This document shows positions 8,038-17,294 of a stretch of 32,000 bases of DNA, in pieces. The DNA comes from Candidatus Methylomirabilis oxygeniifera (GTDB lineage: Bacteria > Methylomirabilota > Methylomirabilia > Methylomirabilales > Methylomirabilaceae): assembly GCA_000091165.1 (NCBI GenBank), contig FP565575.1, forward strand, positions 1,470,001-1,502,000, in the 5' to 3' direction. A program made the translations under genes and the position numbers. Within the stretch, counting starts at the first letter, position 1, and the number at the start of each line of letters is the position of its first letter. Under the pieces are notes generated by a model. The model made no database searches. It was given only the letters and a program-made list of their open reading frames with translations, and was not told where the DNA came from.

Positions 8038-8878
8038 TTCTTAGGTCCGGATCGATAGGGTGGCCGTCTTTTCGAACCTCAAAGTGCAAGTGTGTCCCCG
8101 TCGCCTTTCCTGTGGCGCCAACGATTGCAATGGGCATCTCCCGGTCCACAACAACCCCAGCCGGAATCAGGTTGGACGCGTTGTGGCCATACGAGGTCGT
8201 AAACCCGTCTGCGTGCGCCAGCACGATCAGATTGCCGTAGCCGAGGGTGCGACCACTGAAGATGACCCGGCCAGGCGCCGCCGGATAGATGAGCGATCCG
8301 GTCGGCATCCTGATGTCTACGCCGGCATGAAAGGCTCTCAACCCTGTCACCGGATCGGTTCGAGGGCCGAACGAGGAGGTGAATCGGCCCGCAAACGAAC
8401 GCATGAAGGCCTTCAGGCCATGCGGAATGCCGACAGTAGACTCGCTTACTCCCGCAACCGTGTCATCGTGGCGGAACCCGACATTCTGTTCGCTCGGCTT
8501 CGCGCCGGGGATGACGGCGGACAGATCGATGGCCTGGCCGGGACGGATGCGATCCGGATCCGCAAGCCGATTGGCCTTCGCGACGATGCCGACGGCGCGG
8601 TAGAGGGTATCGGCACCTGCCGATTTGCCGGTTTCCCGCAGCGTCGCCTGAACCAGGTGGGATAGCGTATCGCCTGTGCGGACTATGCGGATGGCCTGCG
8701 CGTTATTCTCCGCAGCAATACCGGGCGCATTCGCAGTCGTGCGCAACTGATGGCTCACCTCTGTCAGAAGACGCGGAAACGTCGGCGTACTCGATTCCTC
8801 CTTCGCCTGATCCGGCGTCCCACGATGGCCGGTCGCACTCGCCACCCCCGCGTGGCGCTCAGCCCACTTGACGTCCAT
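7997..8878 (-). CDS. LysM-containing M23 family peptidase (peptidoglycan hydrolase-like)
   Basis: IVRTGDTLSHLV...AKANRLADPDRIRPGQAIDL (LysM) and FGPRTDPVTGLRAFHAGVDIRMPTGSLIYPAAPGRV...YGNLIVLAHADGFTTSYGH...THLHFEVRKDGHPIDP (M23 with H/D and HLH motifs). Confidence 0.9.
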   Translation of the reverse strand: MDVKWAERHAGVASATGHRGTPDQAKEESSTPTFPRLLTEVSHQLRTTANAPGIAAENNAQAIRIVRTGDTLSHLVQATLRETGKSAGADTLYRAVGIVAKANRLADPDRIRPGQAIDLSAVIPGAKPSEQNVGFRHDDTVAGVSESTVGIPHGLKAFMRSFAGRFTSSFGPRTDPVTGLRAFHAGVDIRMPTGSLIYPAAPGRVIFSGRTLGYGNLIVLAHADGFTTSYGHNASNLIPAGVVVDREMPIAIVGATGKATGTHLHFEVRKDGHPIDPDLRSAELGDRSGEQDL

Positions 8879-9434
8879 CCCCGTGTCCCTCGATCGGTCG
8901 GCCGTTACTCTTGCCGTTTCCGCCGATCACCTCATCCGCCGACTCCTCTGCTCCGATCGACGACATCTCTGGGAGGTGAAGCGTCGACGCTTTGACCTTC
9001 CGGAGATTCATGAGCAGCGCCACCTCCCCCATAGTCATCCCGGTCGCCCGAGCCGCTTCGGCTGGTGTCAGCCCGAGGTCAAGAAGCTGAAGGGCCGCCC
9101 CGCCCGCCTCAGGCAGCCTTGGCAGCGCCTGATTTCGGTCGACCGTTCGCAGTACCTGCGCCGCCAGCACTGAAAACTCCCGAACAAGTTCTCGAAGCTC
9201 CGCCTGGGCCGCCGCCACGTCGCTTACGCGTTGCGCCACCTCTTCGGATGGCTCGACGTCGTTTCCCGACGGCTGTGGTGTCGTCCCTTGGGGCCGTCTT
9301 CTCAACAGGACAAACACCAGACAAAGGCTCACCAACGACACGATCAGCGCAGCGATCATGGCACCCTCTTGTACTCCGAGATCGACAAAAAAGGTATCCA
9401 CGTCCTTGACGATTGACGCACTCCAATCGCTCAT
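8859..9434 (-). CDS. Membrane-anchored protein resembling the DUF2802 family
   Basis: N-terminal TM segment, coiled region, C-terminal AAQLLDLGLTPAEAARATGMTMGEVALLMNLRK helix-turn-helix-like segment; located directly after the flagellar sigma factor. Confidence 0.55.
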   Translation of the reverse strand: MSDWSASIVKDVDTFFVDLGVQEGAMIAALIVSLVSLCLVFVLLRRRPQGTTPQPSGNDVEPSEEVAQRVSDVAAAQAELRELVREFSVLAAQVLRTVDRNQALPRLPEAGGAALQLLDLGLTPAEAARATGMTMGEVALLMNLRKVKASTLHLPEMSSIGAEESADEVIGGNGKSNGRPIEGHGDGRQVG

Positions 9435-9521
9435 CTCCTTCCTCCTCTGATCACGATCACTCTTCAGATTGCGATATCGATGAGCCGACCTCCGGACCGA
9501 CTGCTGGTCGTCCCCGCCGCA

Positions 9522-10901
9522 TCATCGAAAACTCTCCACCAGCCTCCGTACCGCCATACGGGTGGCGTGCTCAAATGACCATCCGACCGTCCCGGCGCTC
9601 CCCGGCGCGATCTTCCCGGCCCACAGCAGCGCTCCGGACGGCAGGGCGATGAGCCTCGCCTCTACCCCGACTCTCGTCACCCTGACCGTTCCCTCCCAAT
9701 GCTGATCCACGCCATATAGATTGACCATCATGACCCGCCGTACCCCAAGCGCTTCCCAATTGACCCCGCCCATATCGAGTGTTGAGTGCTGAGCGTTGAG
9801 TGCTGAGTCGCCGCGTGAAAGCCGTTGGTCGGCGAGCCAATCCCAGCCGCGCGATCGAGCCTCCTCCCGTACCCAATCGGGTCCCCGCGCGTCGATCCCG
9901 GCGTGCGACAGCTCAAGGACAAAGAGCCTGGCCACCTCCTCGACCAACGGTCGATCCTCAACGGACACGCGCGCCGGCAGGACTGCGGTCCGACCCTCCC
10001 TGGAGATGACAACCGGCTGGAGTGCGGGCGGAGCAGCCGGCGATGCGCATCCTCCGACCAACACACCCACGCTCAGGAGAACGGCCAACACCAGCTCGCG
10101 AAGGGTGAAGGTTGCGCTCTCTTCTGCGATGAGGTCGTCCCGGTGGAGCTTGATCTGAAGAAGTCTGGCCCGCATTCGAAGAATGGCCGAGGTATGGATC
10201 TGTGAGACGCGTGATTCCGAGACCTCCAGCACCCGGCCGATCTCTTTCATGGTCAGTTCCTCAAAGTAGTATAAGGTGAGCACCAGCCGCTCTTGAGCCG
10301 GCAACGCCTCGATAATTCCGCCGAGGAGTCGGACCCGCTCCCTACGGGCCGCTTCAGTAGACGGATCTCGACCAGCCCGGTCCGGCAGCTCCCATATAAG
10401 CCGGTCGCTCTCCGTACCGTCGGCCTCAACGCCGGGCTCATCGAGCGACACCAACACCATCCCCCTGATCTCGCCAAGCGTGCGCCAGTAGGTCTCCCGA
10501 TCCATGCCGAGCGCCGCAGCAACCTCGTCATCGCTGGGCTCCCGTCCGAGGTCGACCTCCAGCCGCACCAGCGTCTGCTGGATCTCCCGCGCCTTCGCTC
10601 GGAGTGAACGTGGCGCAAAATCCTGCGCTCTGAGATCATCCAGAATAGCGCCGCGGATCCGGTATTGGGCATAGGTCGCGAACTCCGACGGCTGATCCGG
10701 GTCATAGTGCTCGACGGCGCTCACCAGACCCACCGCACCGGCACTCTCCAGATCGTCCAACTCGACACACGACGGCAGTTGCAACGAGAGCCGCCCGGCG
10801 ACCTGGCGCACAAGGGAGATGTTCGCCGTAATCAACCGATCTCTCAGCCCGGGGTCCTTCGTCTGTCGGTAGGCTTTCCAGTCTTCCCGCGTGATCTCCA
10901 T
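9522..10901 (-). CDS. FliA/WhiG-type sigma factor fused in frame to a lipoprotein-like C-terminal domain
   Basis: Residues ~1-255 are a sigma-28-type factor (LITANISLVRQVAGRLSLQLP...DLESAGAVGLVSAVEHYDP...FATYAQYRIRGAILDDLR...LPAQERLVLTLYYFEELTMKEIGRVLEVSESRVSQIHTSAILRMR). The ORF continues without a stop through LRELVLAVLLSVGVLVGGC (lipobox-like) into ~175 more residues. Confidence 0.85.
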   Translation of the reverse strand: MEITREDWKAYRQTKDPGLRDRLITANISLVRQVAGRLSLQLPSCVELDDLESAGAVGLVSAVEHYDPDQPSEFATYAQYRIRGAILDDLRAQDFAPRSLRAKAREIQQTLVRLEVDLGREPSDDEVAAALGMDRETYWRTLGEIRGMVLVSLDEPGVEADGTESDRLIWELPDRAGRDPSTEAARRERVRLLGGIIEALPAQERLVLTLYYFEELTMKEIGRVLEVSESRVSQIHTSAILRMRARLLQIKLHRDDLIAEESATFTLRELVLAVLLSVGVLVGGCASPAAPPALQPVVISREGRTAVLPARVSVEDRPLVEEVARLFVLELSHAGIDARGPDWVREEARSRGWDWLADQRLSRGDSALNAQHSTLDMGGVNWEALGVRRVMMVNLYGVDQHWEGTVRVTRVGVEARLIALPSGALLWAGKIAPGSAGTVGWSFEHATRMAVRRLVESFR

Positions 10902-10959
10902 TTTTCCTCAGAACATAGGCGATTAGGCTGAAGGGTGTGAGGGCCTATCTACCTGCCTC

Positions 10960-11820
10960 TTACAGTTGCGACGTCCAGTACATTATTCGATCCCAGAAGG
11001 GCTCCGATTGCGGGGCCCGACCGCTCGACGTCGTGAGCGTCTTTGCCAGATCGACAAGCGAGCGCGAGGCTTTCGCGTATGGGAAGCAGACCGAGAACGG
11101 CTTCTGCTCGCAGACTGCGCGTCCAACGCACTCATCCCGAAGCACATGGCCCACAAACCCGACCTCCACCTTCAGGAAGTGCCGGATCACCCGCTGCAAC
11201 TGTTCGAACAGCTCTTCGGCTTGAGAGGCCCCTTCCACCATGTTGATCAGGATCCCCGCACGCGGATCGGCGCGATGGCGCGACAGAACCTTGATCACCG
11301 CGTAGGCATCGGTGATGGCGGTGGGCTCCGGGACGGTGACGACGATCGCCTCGTCGGCCGCCAGGATCAGACTGAGGACGTTGGGCGAGATTCCGGCCGC
11401 GGTATCCAGCAGCAGGATATCGACCAATCCCTCCAGTTGTCCCAGCCGCCCAAGCAGCCTGGCCTGGTCCGCAGGCGCGAGGTTGGCCATCGCTTCGACC
11501 CCTCGGCTCGCCGGGATGACGTACAGGCCATTGGGCCCTCGGAGCATGATGTCGTGAAGCTCCTTCTGTCCTTCGACGACATGACGAAGCGTAAACTTCG
11601 GCGCCAGCCCCAACAGCACATCGACGTTCGCAAGACCCATATCGCCGTCGAGGAGGGCTACGCGGTGGCCTTCCCCGGCCAGTAACAGGCCGAGATTCAC
11701 GGCCAACGACGTCTTGCCGACGCCTCCCTTCCCGCTGGTGATCGCAATCGTCCGGAGCCCTCGTTCGGTCGCGATCGCGCTGCCGCGGAGCTTCGATGCC
11801 TGATCCTGCATCTGTCTCAT
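10960..11820 (-). CDS. flhG: MinD-like ATPase FlhG/FleN (flagellar number regulator)
   Basis: TIAITSGKGGVGKTSLAVNLGLLLAGEGHRVALLDGDMGLANVDVLLG; adjacent to flhF. Confidence 0.92.
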   Translation of the reverse strand: MRQMQDQASKLRGSAIATERGLRTIAITSGKGGVGKTSLAVNLGLLLAGEGHRVALLDGDMGLANVDVLLGLAPKFTLRHVVEGQKELHDIMLRGPNGLYVIPASRGVEAMANLAPADQARLLGRLGQLEGLVDILLLDTAAGISPNVLSLILAADEAIVVTVPEPTAITDAYAVIKVLSRHRADPRAGILINMVEGASQAEELFEQLQRVIRHFLKVEVGFVGHVLRDECVGRAVCEQKPFSVCFPYAKASRSLVDLAKTLTTSSGRAPQSEPFWDRIMYWTSQL

Positions 11821-12983
11821 CTCTCCTTCCCGCCCTCTGACTCACCGACCAGACGCCACGCCAGCCGTAACGGCTGCGCCTCTTCGATGTCGTCCGGAAC
11901 TTCCTGACCCGTTGTCAGATATGAAATGGGAACAGCAGCCGTCAGTGCGGCCTCGCACACCGGCCCCACGGTAGCGGTTTCATCGAGTTTGGTGGCGATA
12001 ATGGAACTGAAGCCCAGCGGCCTGTACGCCTCGACGGCCTGCAACAGGTCAGCCCGCTTGGTCGTTGCGCTCAACACCAGGTGCACCTCGTATCCGTCGT
12101 CGCTGCCGGCATAGGTCGCCAACTCCTCCAATTGATCCTTCCGCCTCGCACTCCGTCCGACCGTATCAATGAAGATCACATCGGCGTCCCGATCGCCCGC
12201 AAGCGCCCGCTTCAGGTCCGCCGGAAGCGGCGCCACACAATAGGGCAGTCCGATCAGTTCGGCGTAGTTCTTCAGTTGCTGGGCGCCGGCGATCCGATAC
12301 GTGTCGGTAGTAATCAGCGCAACTCTTTTTCCCTCGCGGAAACGACACCCGGCCGCCAGCTTTGCGATGGTCGTCGTCTTGCCGACGCCCGTCGGCCCGA
12401 CCAGCGCCACGACCCGTCGCCCATTTCCGGCCTTGGGAACGGGCAGCCCGACGATCTCACGAGCCAACACCTCGGCGAGCAACGCCGATACCGGCGTCGA
12501 ATCGGGTGATGCCGCCTCTCGAAGTCTGTCCCGCACGGAGACCACCCACCGACGGGCTACGCCCTCTTCCACCTCCTGGGAGAGCAGCGCCCAGTAGATC
12601 CGGCCGAGCGACTGGGGCAGATCGGGCGGCAGGTGCCCTCGCCCGTACAGACCGGACACCATCCCTTTGACCTGCTCAAGCTCCCGTTGCAACGCTCCCA
12701 GATCGATTGAGGAATCGGGCAAATTCCCCCCAGACATTCGCGCCTCGGATCTCTGAAGTCCCCCCATCCCCCCTTTAACAAAGGGGGGCGAGGGGGGATT
12801 TTGGGCCGGCGGATCACCGTCCAGCGCTGCCACGACCTCCACACCCTGCCGCTTCGCAAACGGCATGGCACCGGCAAGCGGAATACTCTTGGTGTGCAGA
12901 ATCACGGCCTCAGGACCTAACTCTTCCCCGATCTGCCGCAACGCGTCATCCATGGTCGCCGCGCGGAATCGCTTAAGATGCAT
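11817..12983 (-). CDS. flhF: Flagellar biosynthesis SRP-like GTPase FlhF
   Basis: MHLKRFRAATMDDALRQIGEELGPEAVILHTK...VVALVGPTGVGKTTTIAKLAAG...RVALITTDTYRIAGAQQLKNYAELIGLP...DVIFIDTVGRS...SIIATKLDET. Confidence 0.95.
   Translation of the reverse strand: MHLKRFRAATMDDALRQIGEELGPEAVILHTKSIPLAGAMPFAKRQGVEVVAALDGDPPAQNPPSPPFVKGGMGGLQRSEARMSGGNLPDSSIDLGALQRELEQVKGMVSGLYGRGHLPPDLPQSLGRIYWALLSQEVEEGVARRWVVSVRDRLREAASPDSTPVSALLAEVLAREIVGLPVPKAGNGRRVVALVGPTGVGKTTTIAKLAAGCRFREGKRVALITTDTYRIAGAQQLKNYAELIGLPYCVAPLPADLKRALAGDRDADVIFIDTVGRSARRKDQLEELATYAGSDDGYEVHLVLSATTKRADLLQAVEAYRPLGFSSIIATKLDETATVGPVCEAALTAAVPISYLTTGQEVPDDIEEAQPLRLAWRLVGESEGGKER
12757..12802. repeat. C/G-tract palindromic dispersed repeat inside flhF
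   Basis: AAGTCCCCCCATCCCCCCTTTAACAAAGGGGGGCGAGGGGGGATTTT, translated in frame on minus as QNPPSPPFVKGGMGGLQ. Confidence 0.75.
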
Positions 12984-15066
12984 CGCTGAGCTCCACCGTC
13001 CTGAGGACCTTCACCGACACGCGAGGTCCGATCTCGTTATACGACAGCACCGTCACCTGCGGCAGATACCGTTCGATCAGGCGTCGCAGATGCGGGCGGA
13101 CCGCAGCGGTGCAGAGGAAGACCGGCTGTCCCAAGAGCGGCAGACACTGCTCCACCCCCTTCGCAACGGCTTCGACCACCTTCTGCGCAAGCCTGGGCTC
13201 CAGCGCCAGGTAGCTCTCCTGATCATTCTGTATGATCGCTTCCGCCAACGTCTGTTCCACAGACGGTCCGAGCGTCAGCACCGCCAGTCCTCCATCAGGC
13301 GCCATGAGCGATCGGCAGATCGATTTGGCCAGCGCCTGCCGCGCATGCTCGGTCAGCAAGATCGGATCTTTGGTATACGGCACATAATCGGCCAGCGCCT
13401 CGAGGATCGTCGGGAGGTCCCTGATCGAGACCCCCTCCATCAGCAGCCCCTGCAATACCCGCTGTACTGCGCCCAAAGAGAGCTGAGCCGGAATGATCCC
13501 GTCTACCAACGCGGGATGGGTTTGCTTCAGGTGGTCGAGGAGCGCCTGCACCTCCTGCCGACCCACCAGCTCCCGCGCCTCTCGCCGTATAACCTCCGAC
13601 AGATGAGTCGCCACGACTGACGAGGGATCGACGACGGTATAGCCAAGGACCTGCGCGCGCTCCTTCAACGCCGCATTGATCCACCGTGCCGGCAGACCAA
13701 AGGTCGGCTCCTGGGTCTCAATCCCATCCACCGGCTCCTGAGCCGTCCCAGGATCCATAGCCAGAAAGTGCCCCACCAGGACCTCTCCCTGGGCGACCTC
13801 CACGCCTTTCATCTTGACACTGTAGCTGTTGGGCCTGAGCGAGAGGTTGTCCCGGATTCTGACGGGCGGGACCACAAACCCCATATCGAGGGCGAATTGG
13901 CGTCGGATCAGCTTGATCCGTTCCAGGAGGTCCCCACCTTGACTTGCGTCCACCAGCGGGATCAGACCGTACCCTACCTCCAACGTCAACAGATCCAGCG
14001 GCAGGAGCGTCTCCACCTTTTCCGGACCGGAGGGCGCCAACGGAATATCCTCTCCCTCCTCCCCGGTCTTTCGCCCACCTCCTGACGGCCCGGTCTTGAC
14101 CCTGGAATATGCCACCGTACCGATGACGGCCGCTACCATGAAGAACGGAAAGAACGGCATGCCAGGAATCAACCCGACAAACAGGAGCACGCCCGCCGTG
14201 ATGCCGAGCGGTTTCGGGTAGAAGAGTATCTGGCGGCCAAGAGTGGCGCTGAGCTCTGCCTCCGATGCCGCCCTCGTCATCACGATGCCGGCCGCCGTGG
14301 AAATAGCCAGGGCCGGAATCTGCGCCACCAGACCGTCGCCGACAGTGAGAAGCGTGTAGGTTTGCACCGCCTCCATCAGATCCATCCCGTTTTGAAGCAC
14401 GCCGATGGCGAGTCCCCCCAGAATGTTGATGGCGATAATGATCATTCCGGCAATCGCATCGCCCCGGACGAACTTACTGGCGCCGTCCATCGCCCCATAG
14501 AAGTCGGCCTCCCTCGCGATTTCCGACCTGCGAGCCCTGGCCTCCTGCTCGTTGATCAACCCGGCGTTCAACTCGGCATCGATTGAGAGTTGTTTCCCGG
14601 GCATCGCGTCGAGGGTAAAGCGAGCGGACACCTCGGCGATCCGCCCTGAGCCCTTGGTAATGACCATAAACTGGATCACCGCCAGAATGGCGAATACGAC
14701 AGCGCCCACGATGTAGCTGCCGCCCACCACGAAACTCCCGAACGCATTGATGATACGACCCGCTGCTGCGGTGCCCTCGTTACCGTGTAGCAGGACCAGG
14801 CGCGTTGAGGCCACGTTCAACGAAAGGCGGAACAACGTCAGCACCAACAGCAGCGATGGAAAGACCGAGAGATCGAGAGGGCGAAGGATGTACAGTGAGA
14901 TCACGAAGATCAAGAGCGCGATCGTGATGTTGGCAGCGAGCAATAGGTCGAGAAGAAGCGGCGGGATCGGCGCCAACATCGCGAGGAGGATACCGATGCT
15001 GGCCAGCGCCACCAGGACATCACCCTGCAGCAATGATGCAAGAGGCGTAGTCTGGGTCGTTTTCAT
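12973..15066 (-). CDS. flhA: Flagellar type III export protein FlhA
   Basis: Full-length 697 aa, FHIPEP family: multiple TM, RFTLDAMPGKQLSIDAELNAGLINEQEARARR..EIAREADFYGAMDGASKFVRGDAIAG. Confidence 0.97.
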   Translation of the reverse strand: MKTTQTTPLASLLQGDVLVALASIGILLAMLAPIPPLLLDLLLAANITIALLIFVISLYILRPLDLSVFPSLLLVLTLFRLSLNVASTRLVLLHGNEGTAAAGRIINAFGSFVVGGSYIVGAVVFAILAVIQFMVITKGSGRIAEVSARFTLDAMPGKQLSIDAELNAGLINEQEARARRSEIAREADFYGAMDGASKFVRGDAIAGMIIIAINILGGLAIGVLQNGMDLMEAVQTYTLLTVGDGLVAQIPALAISTAAGIVMTRAASEAELSATLGRQILFYPKPLGITAGVLLFVGLIPGMPFFPFFMVAAVIGTVAYSRVKTGPSGGGRKTGEEGEDIPLAPSGPEKVETLLPLDLLTLEVGYGLIPLVDASQGGDLLERIKLIRRQFALDMGFVVPPVRIRDNLSLRPNSYSVKMKGVEVAQGEVLVGHFLAMDPGTAQEPVDGIETQEPTFGLPARWINAALKERAQVLGYTVVDPSSVVATHLSEVIRREARELVGRQEVQALLDHLKQTHPALVDGIIPAQLSLGAVQRVLQGLLMEGVSIRDLPTILEALADYVPYTKDPILLTEHARQALAKSICRSLMAPDGGLAVLTLGPSVEQTLAEAIIQNDQESYLALEPRLAQKVVEAVAKGVEQCLPLLGQPVFLCTAAVRPHLRRLIERYLPQVTVLSYNEIGPRVSVKVLRTVELSDAS

Positions 15067-16142
15067 CGAGCTGCCTTTCGTTTCCCGCTCATCTGATAGA
15101 CGTAAGCCAGGATCTCCGCCACCGCCTTATACAGGTGGATCGGAATCGGACGGCCTATAGAGACGGCTTTATAGAGAGCACGGGCCAAGGGGGGGTCCTC
15201 TACGATCGGAATCCCGTGCGCCTTGGCCATCGCCACAATCCGCTCGGCCACCAGTCTGGCCCCTTTCGCCACCACCGTCGGCGCCTCCATCGAGGTCGAA
15301 TCGTACCGCATGGCGACGGCGAAGTGGATCGGGTTCACTATGACCACATCCGCCTTCGGGACATCCGTCATCATCCGGTGCATGGCCGCTTGCCGCTGCA
15401 GGCCCTTGATCCGTCCCTTAACGGCAGGGTCGCCTTCGGTCTGCTTCATCTCCTCCTTCACCTCTTCCTTCGTCATCCGGATCGATTTCTCGAACTGCCA
15501 CCGCTGCCAGCCGTAATCCAGGGCGGCCAACGTCAGAAACGCCAGACCGACTCGAAGGGCGAGTTGAAAACAGATCTGACCCAGCCAGGTCAACGTCTGC
15601 ATCGGCGTCATATCCATGAGGAGGGGGATCTCCGATAGATGGCCGCTCAAGGTTCGATAGACGAGAAAACCGACCAGAGCAAACTTCAGGATTGACTTAA
15701 TCGTCTCTATAAGCGTTCGCCCAGGCGCAAAGAGCCGCTTGAAGCCTGTAGCCGGGTTCAGCCGTTCCCACTTCAGCGATAAGGCGCTGGAATTTGTCAG
15801 GAAGCCGACCTGCGCCACACTGGAGACGTAGGCAACGACAACCAACGTGCCCATCAACGGCGCCAGCATCGTCGCCATCCGCAACGAGGCGCTGAACATC
15901 GTCTGCTGAACACGCGGCACCGTCAGCTCTCCGCCGAGACCTTGCCCGAAGTAAAAGCGCATCAACCCTACCAGATCGGCGACCAGCGAGCCGCCAAGCA
16001 CGTAGAAGGTCAGGATGCCGCTGAGCATCAGCAACGCCGCGTTGAGATCTTGGCTGCGAGCGACCTGGCCCCGCCCTCTGGCCTCCTGGCGGCGCTTACT
16101 CGTCGCGGATTCGGTCCGGTCCTTGGCGTCATCTGACGGCAT
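15063..16142 (-). CDS. flhB: Flagellar export switch protein FlhB
   Basis: DRTESATSKRRQEARGRGQVARSQDLN...; C-terminal domain with VVIVNPIHFAVAMRYD...APTVVAKG...VEDPPLARALY. Confidence 0.96.
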   Translation of the reverse strand: MPSDDAKDRTESATSKRRQEARGRGQVARSQDLNAALLMLSGILTFYVLGGSLVADLVGLMRFYFGQGLGGELTVPRVQQTMFSASLRMATMLAPLMGTLVVVAYVSSVAQVGFLTNSSALSLKWERLNPATGFKRLFAPGRTLIETIKSILKFALVGFLVYRTLSGHLSEIPLLMDMTPMQTLTWLGQICFQLALRVGLAFLTLAALDYGWQRWQFEKSIRMTKEEVKEEMKQTEGDPAVKGRIKGLQRQAAMHRMMTDVPKADVVIVNPIHFAVAMRYDSTSMEAPTVVAKGARLVAERIVAMAKAHGIPIVEDPPLARALYKAVSIGRPIPIHLYKAVAEILAYVYQMSGKRKAAR

Positions 16143-16935
16143 ATGAGAGACTCCGCAGCAGCGTAAACAGTTCCAGACGAACCTGGCCGGTGCTCACCCC
16201 GATCAGGTGGGTAAGAAGCGGCAAGGAGACCAGCAGGACCAGTAAGCCGACGATGAAGGTCACAGAGAGGCCGAAGGCAAAAAAGTTCAACTGCGGCGCC
16301 ACCCGCGCCAGCAACCCCATGGCAACATTCGTAATCAGTACCGCCACCATGATCGGAGAGGAGAGCCTGAGAGCCAGGACCAGGCTCTTACCGAAAAGGG
16401 CGACCAGGACCGAGGCTGCCCCCGCAGCCGCCGCTCCGGAGAACGTTCCGAGTGGAATCGATTCAAAGCTTGCCCAGACCGCCTCCAGGAAGGCGTGGTG
16501 TCCATGGAGCGTCAGAAACGTGAGAATGGTCATGAGTTCCAGAAACTGCGCCACTATCGAGGCTTGTTGCGGGAACTGCGGATCGACGACGTTCGCGATC
16601 CCCAGGCCCATCTGTACCCCGGCAAGCTCCCCCGCAAGGCTGACGCCGACGAATAACAGTCGCGCAGCCAGTCCGATCACCACTCCGACCGCCACCTCTC
16701 CCACGATACTCAGCGCCAACGAGAACGGCTCCATGCCGCGTGCGAGAAGAGCGCTCTTGCCGAGCAACGGGTAGAGACTGACGGTGAGGCTGAGCGCCAG
16801 GCCGATCTTGAAGGGAATAGGAAGATGACTGCCCGCAAAGATCGGCGCGGTCAGGAACAAGCCCCCAAGACGAAAGAGGATCAGCAGAAATAACGGTGAA
16901 CTCCAGGCGGACAGCACCACCGTATCCACAGTCAT
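16129..16935 (-). CDS. fliR: Flagellar export protein FliR
   Basis: Hydrophobic ~268 aa protein with FliR-type core (GLFLTAPIFAG..LPFKIGLALSLT...GEVAVGVVIGLAARLLFVGVSLAGELAGVQMG). Confidence 0.93.
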   Translation of the reverse strand: MTVDTVVLSAWSSPLFLLILFRLGGLFLTAPIFAGSHLPIPFKIGLALSLTVSLYPLLGKSALLARGMEPFSLALSIVGEVAVGVVIGLAARLLFVGVSLAGELAGVQMGLGIANVVDPQFPQQASIVAQFLELMTILTFLTLHGHHAFLEAVWASFESIPLGTFSGAAAAGAASVLVALFGKSLVLALRLSSPIMVAVLITNVAMGLLARVAPQLNFFAFGLSVTFIVGLLVLLVSLPLLTHLIGVSTGQVRLELFTLLRSLSYAVR

Positions 16936-17011
16936 GCTCCTCCCACGTTCATGGCGTTTCTTGCGTTCATCGCGTTTGTGGCGTCAAGTACCCGACGCGC
17001 TGGACGCATCG

Positions 17012-17281
17012 CTACCGCCCGTACAACGGCAAGTTGATGAGCAGCGACGTGGTGAACGACAGCATCGTTCTCATCATCCACGGCAAAAAGAGTATCAGCG
17101 CCACAAACACCACCACAATCTTCGGGACAAAGGCGAGCGTTTGCTCCTGGATTGAGGTTACGGCCTGAAGAATACTGATCAGCAATCCCACGATAAGACC
17201 GGCGGCAAGGATCGGAGCCGCGAGAAGCAGGATGAGCTGCAGAGCCTGCGAGCCCAGATCGATCACGACCTGTGGGTTCAT
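17012..17281 (-). CDS. fliQ: Flagellar export protein FliQ
   Basis: 89 aa, two TM: ...LVGLLISILQAVTSIQEQTLAFVPKIVVVFVALILFLPWMMRTMLSFT. Confidence 0.93.
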   Translation of the reverse strand: MNPQVVIDLGSQALQLILLLAAPILAAGLIVGLLISILQAVTSIQEQTLAFVPKIVVVFVALILFLPWMMRTMLSFTTSLLINLPLYGR

Positions 17282-17294
17282 ACGATCCTCCGCC

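Noticed and set aside
11132-11845. 237-aa minus-strand ORF overlapping flhG
   Set aside because: Different frame of flhG; translation is Arg/Gly-rich shadow sequence with no motif.
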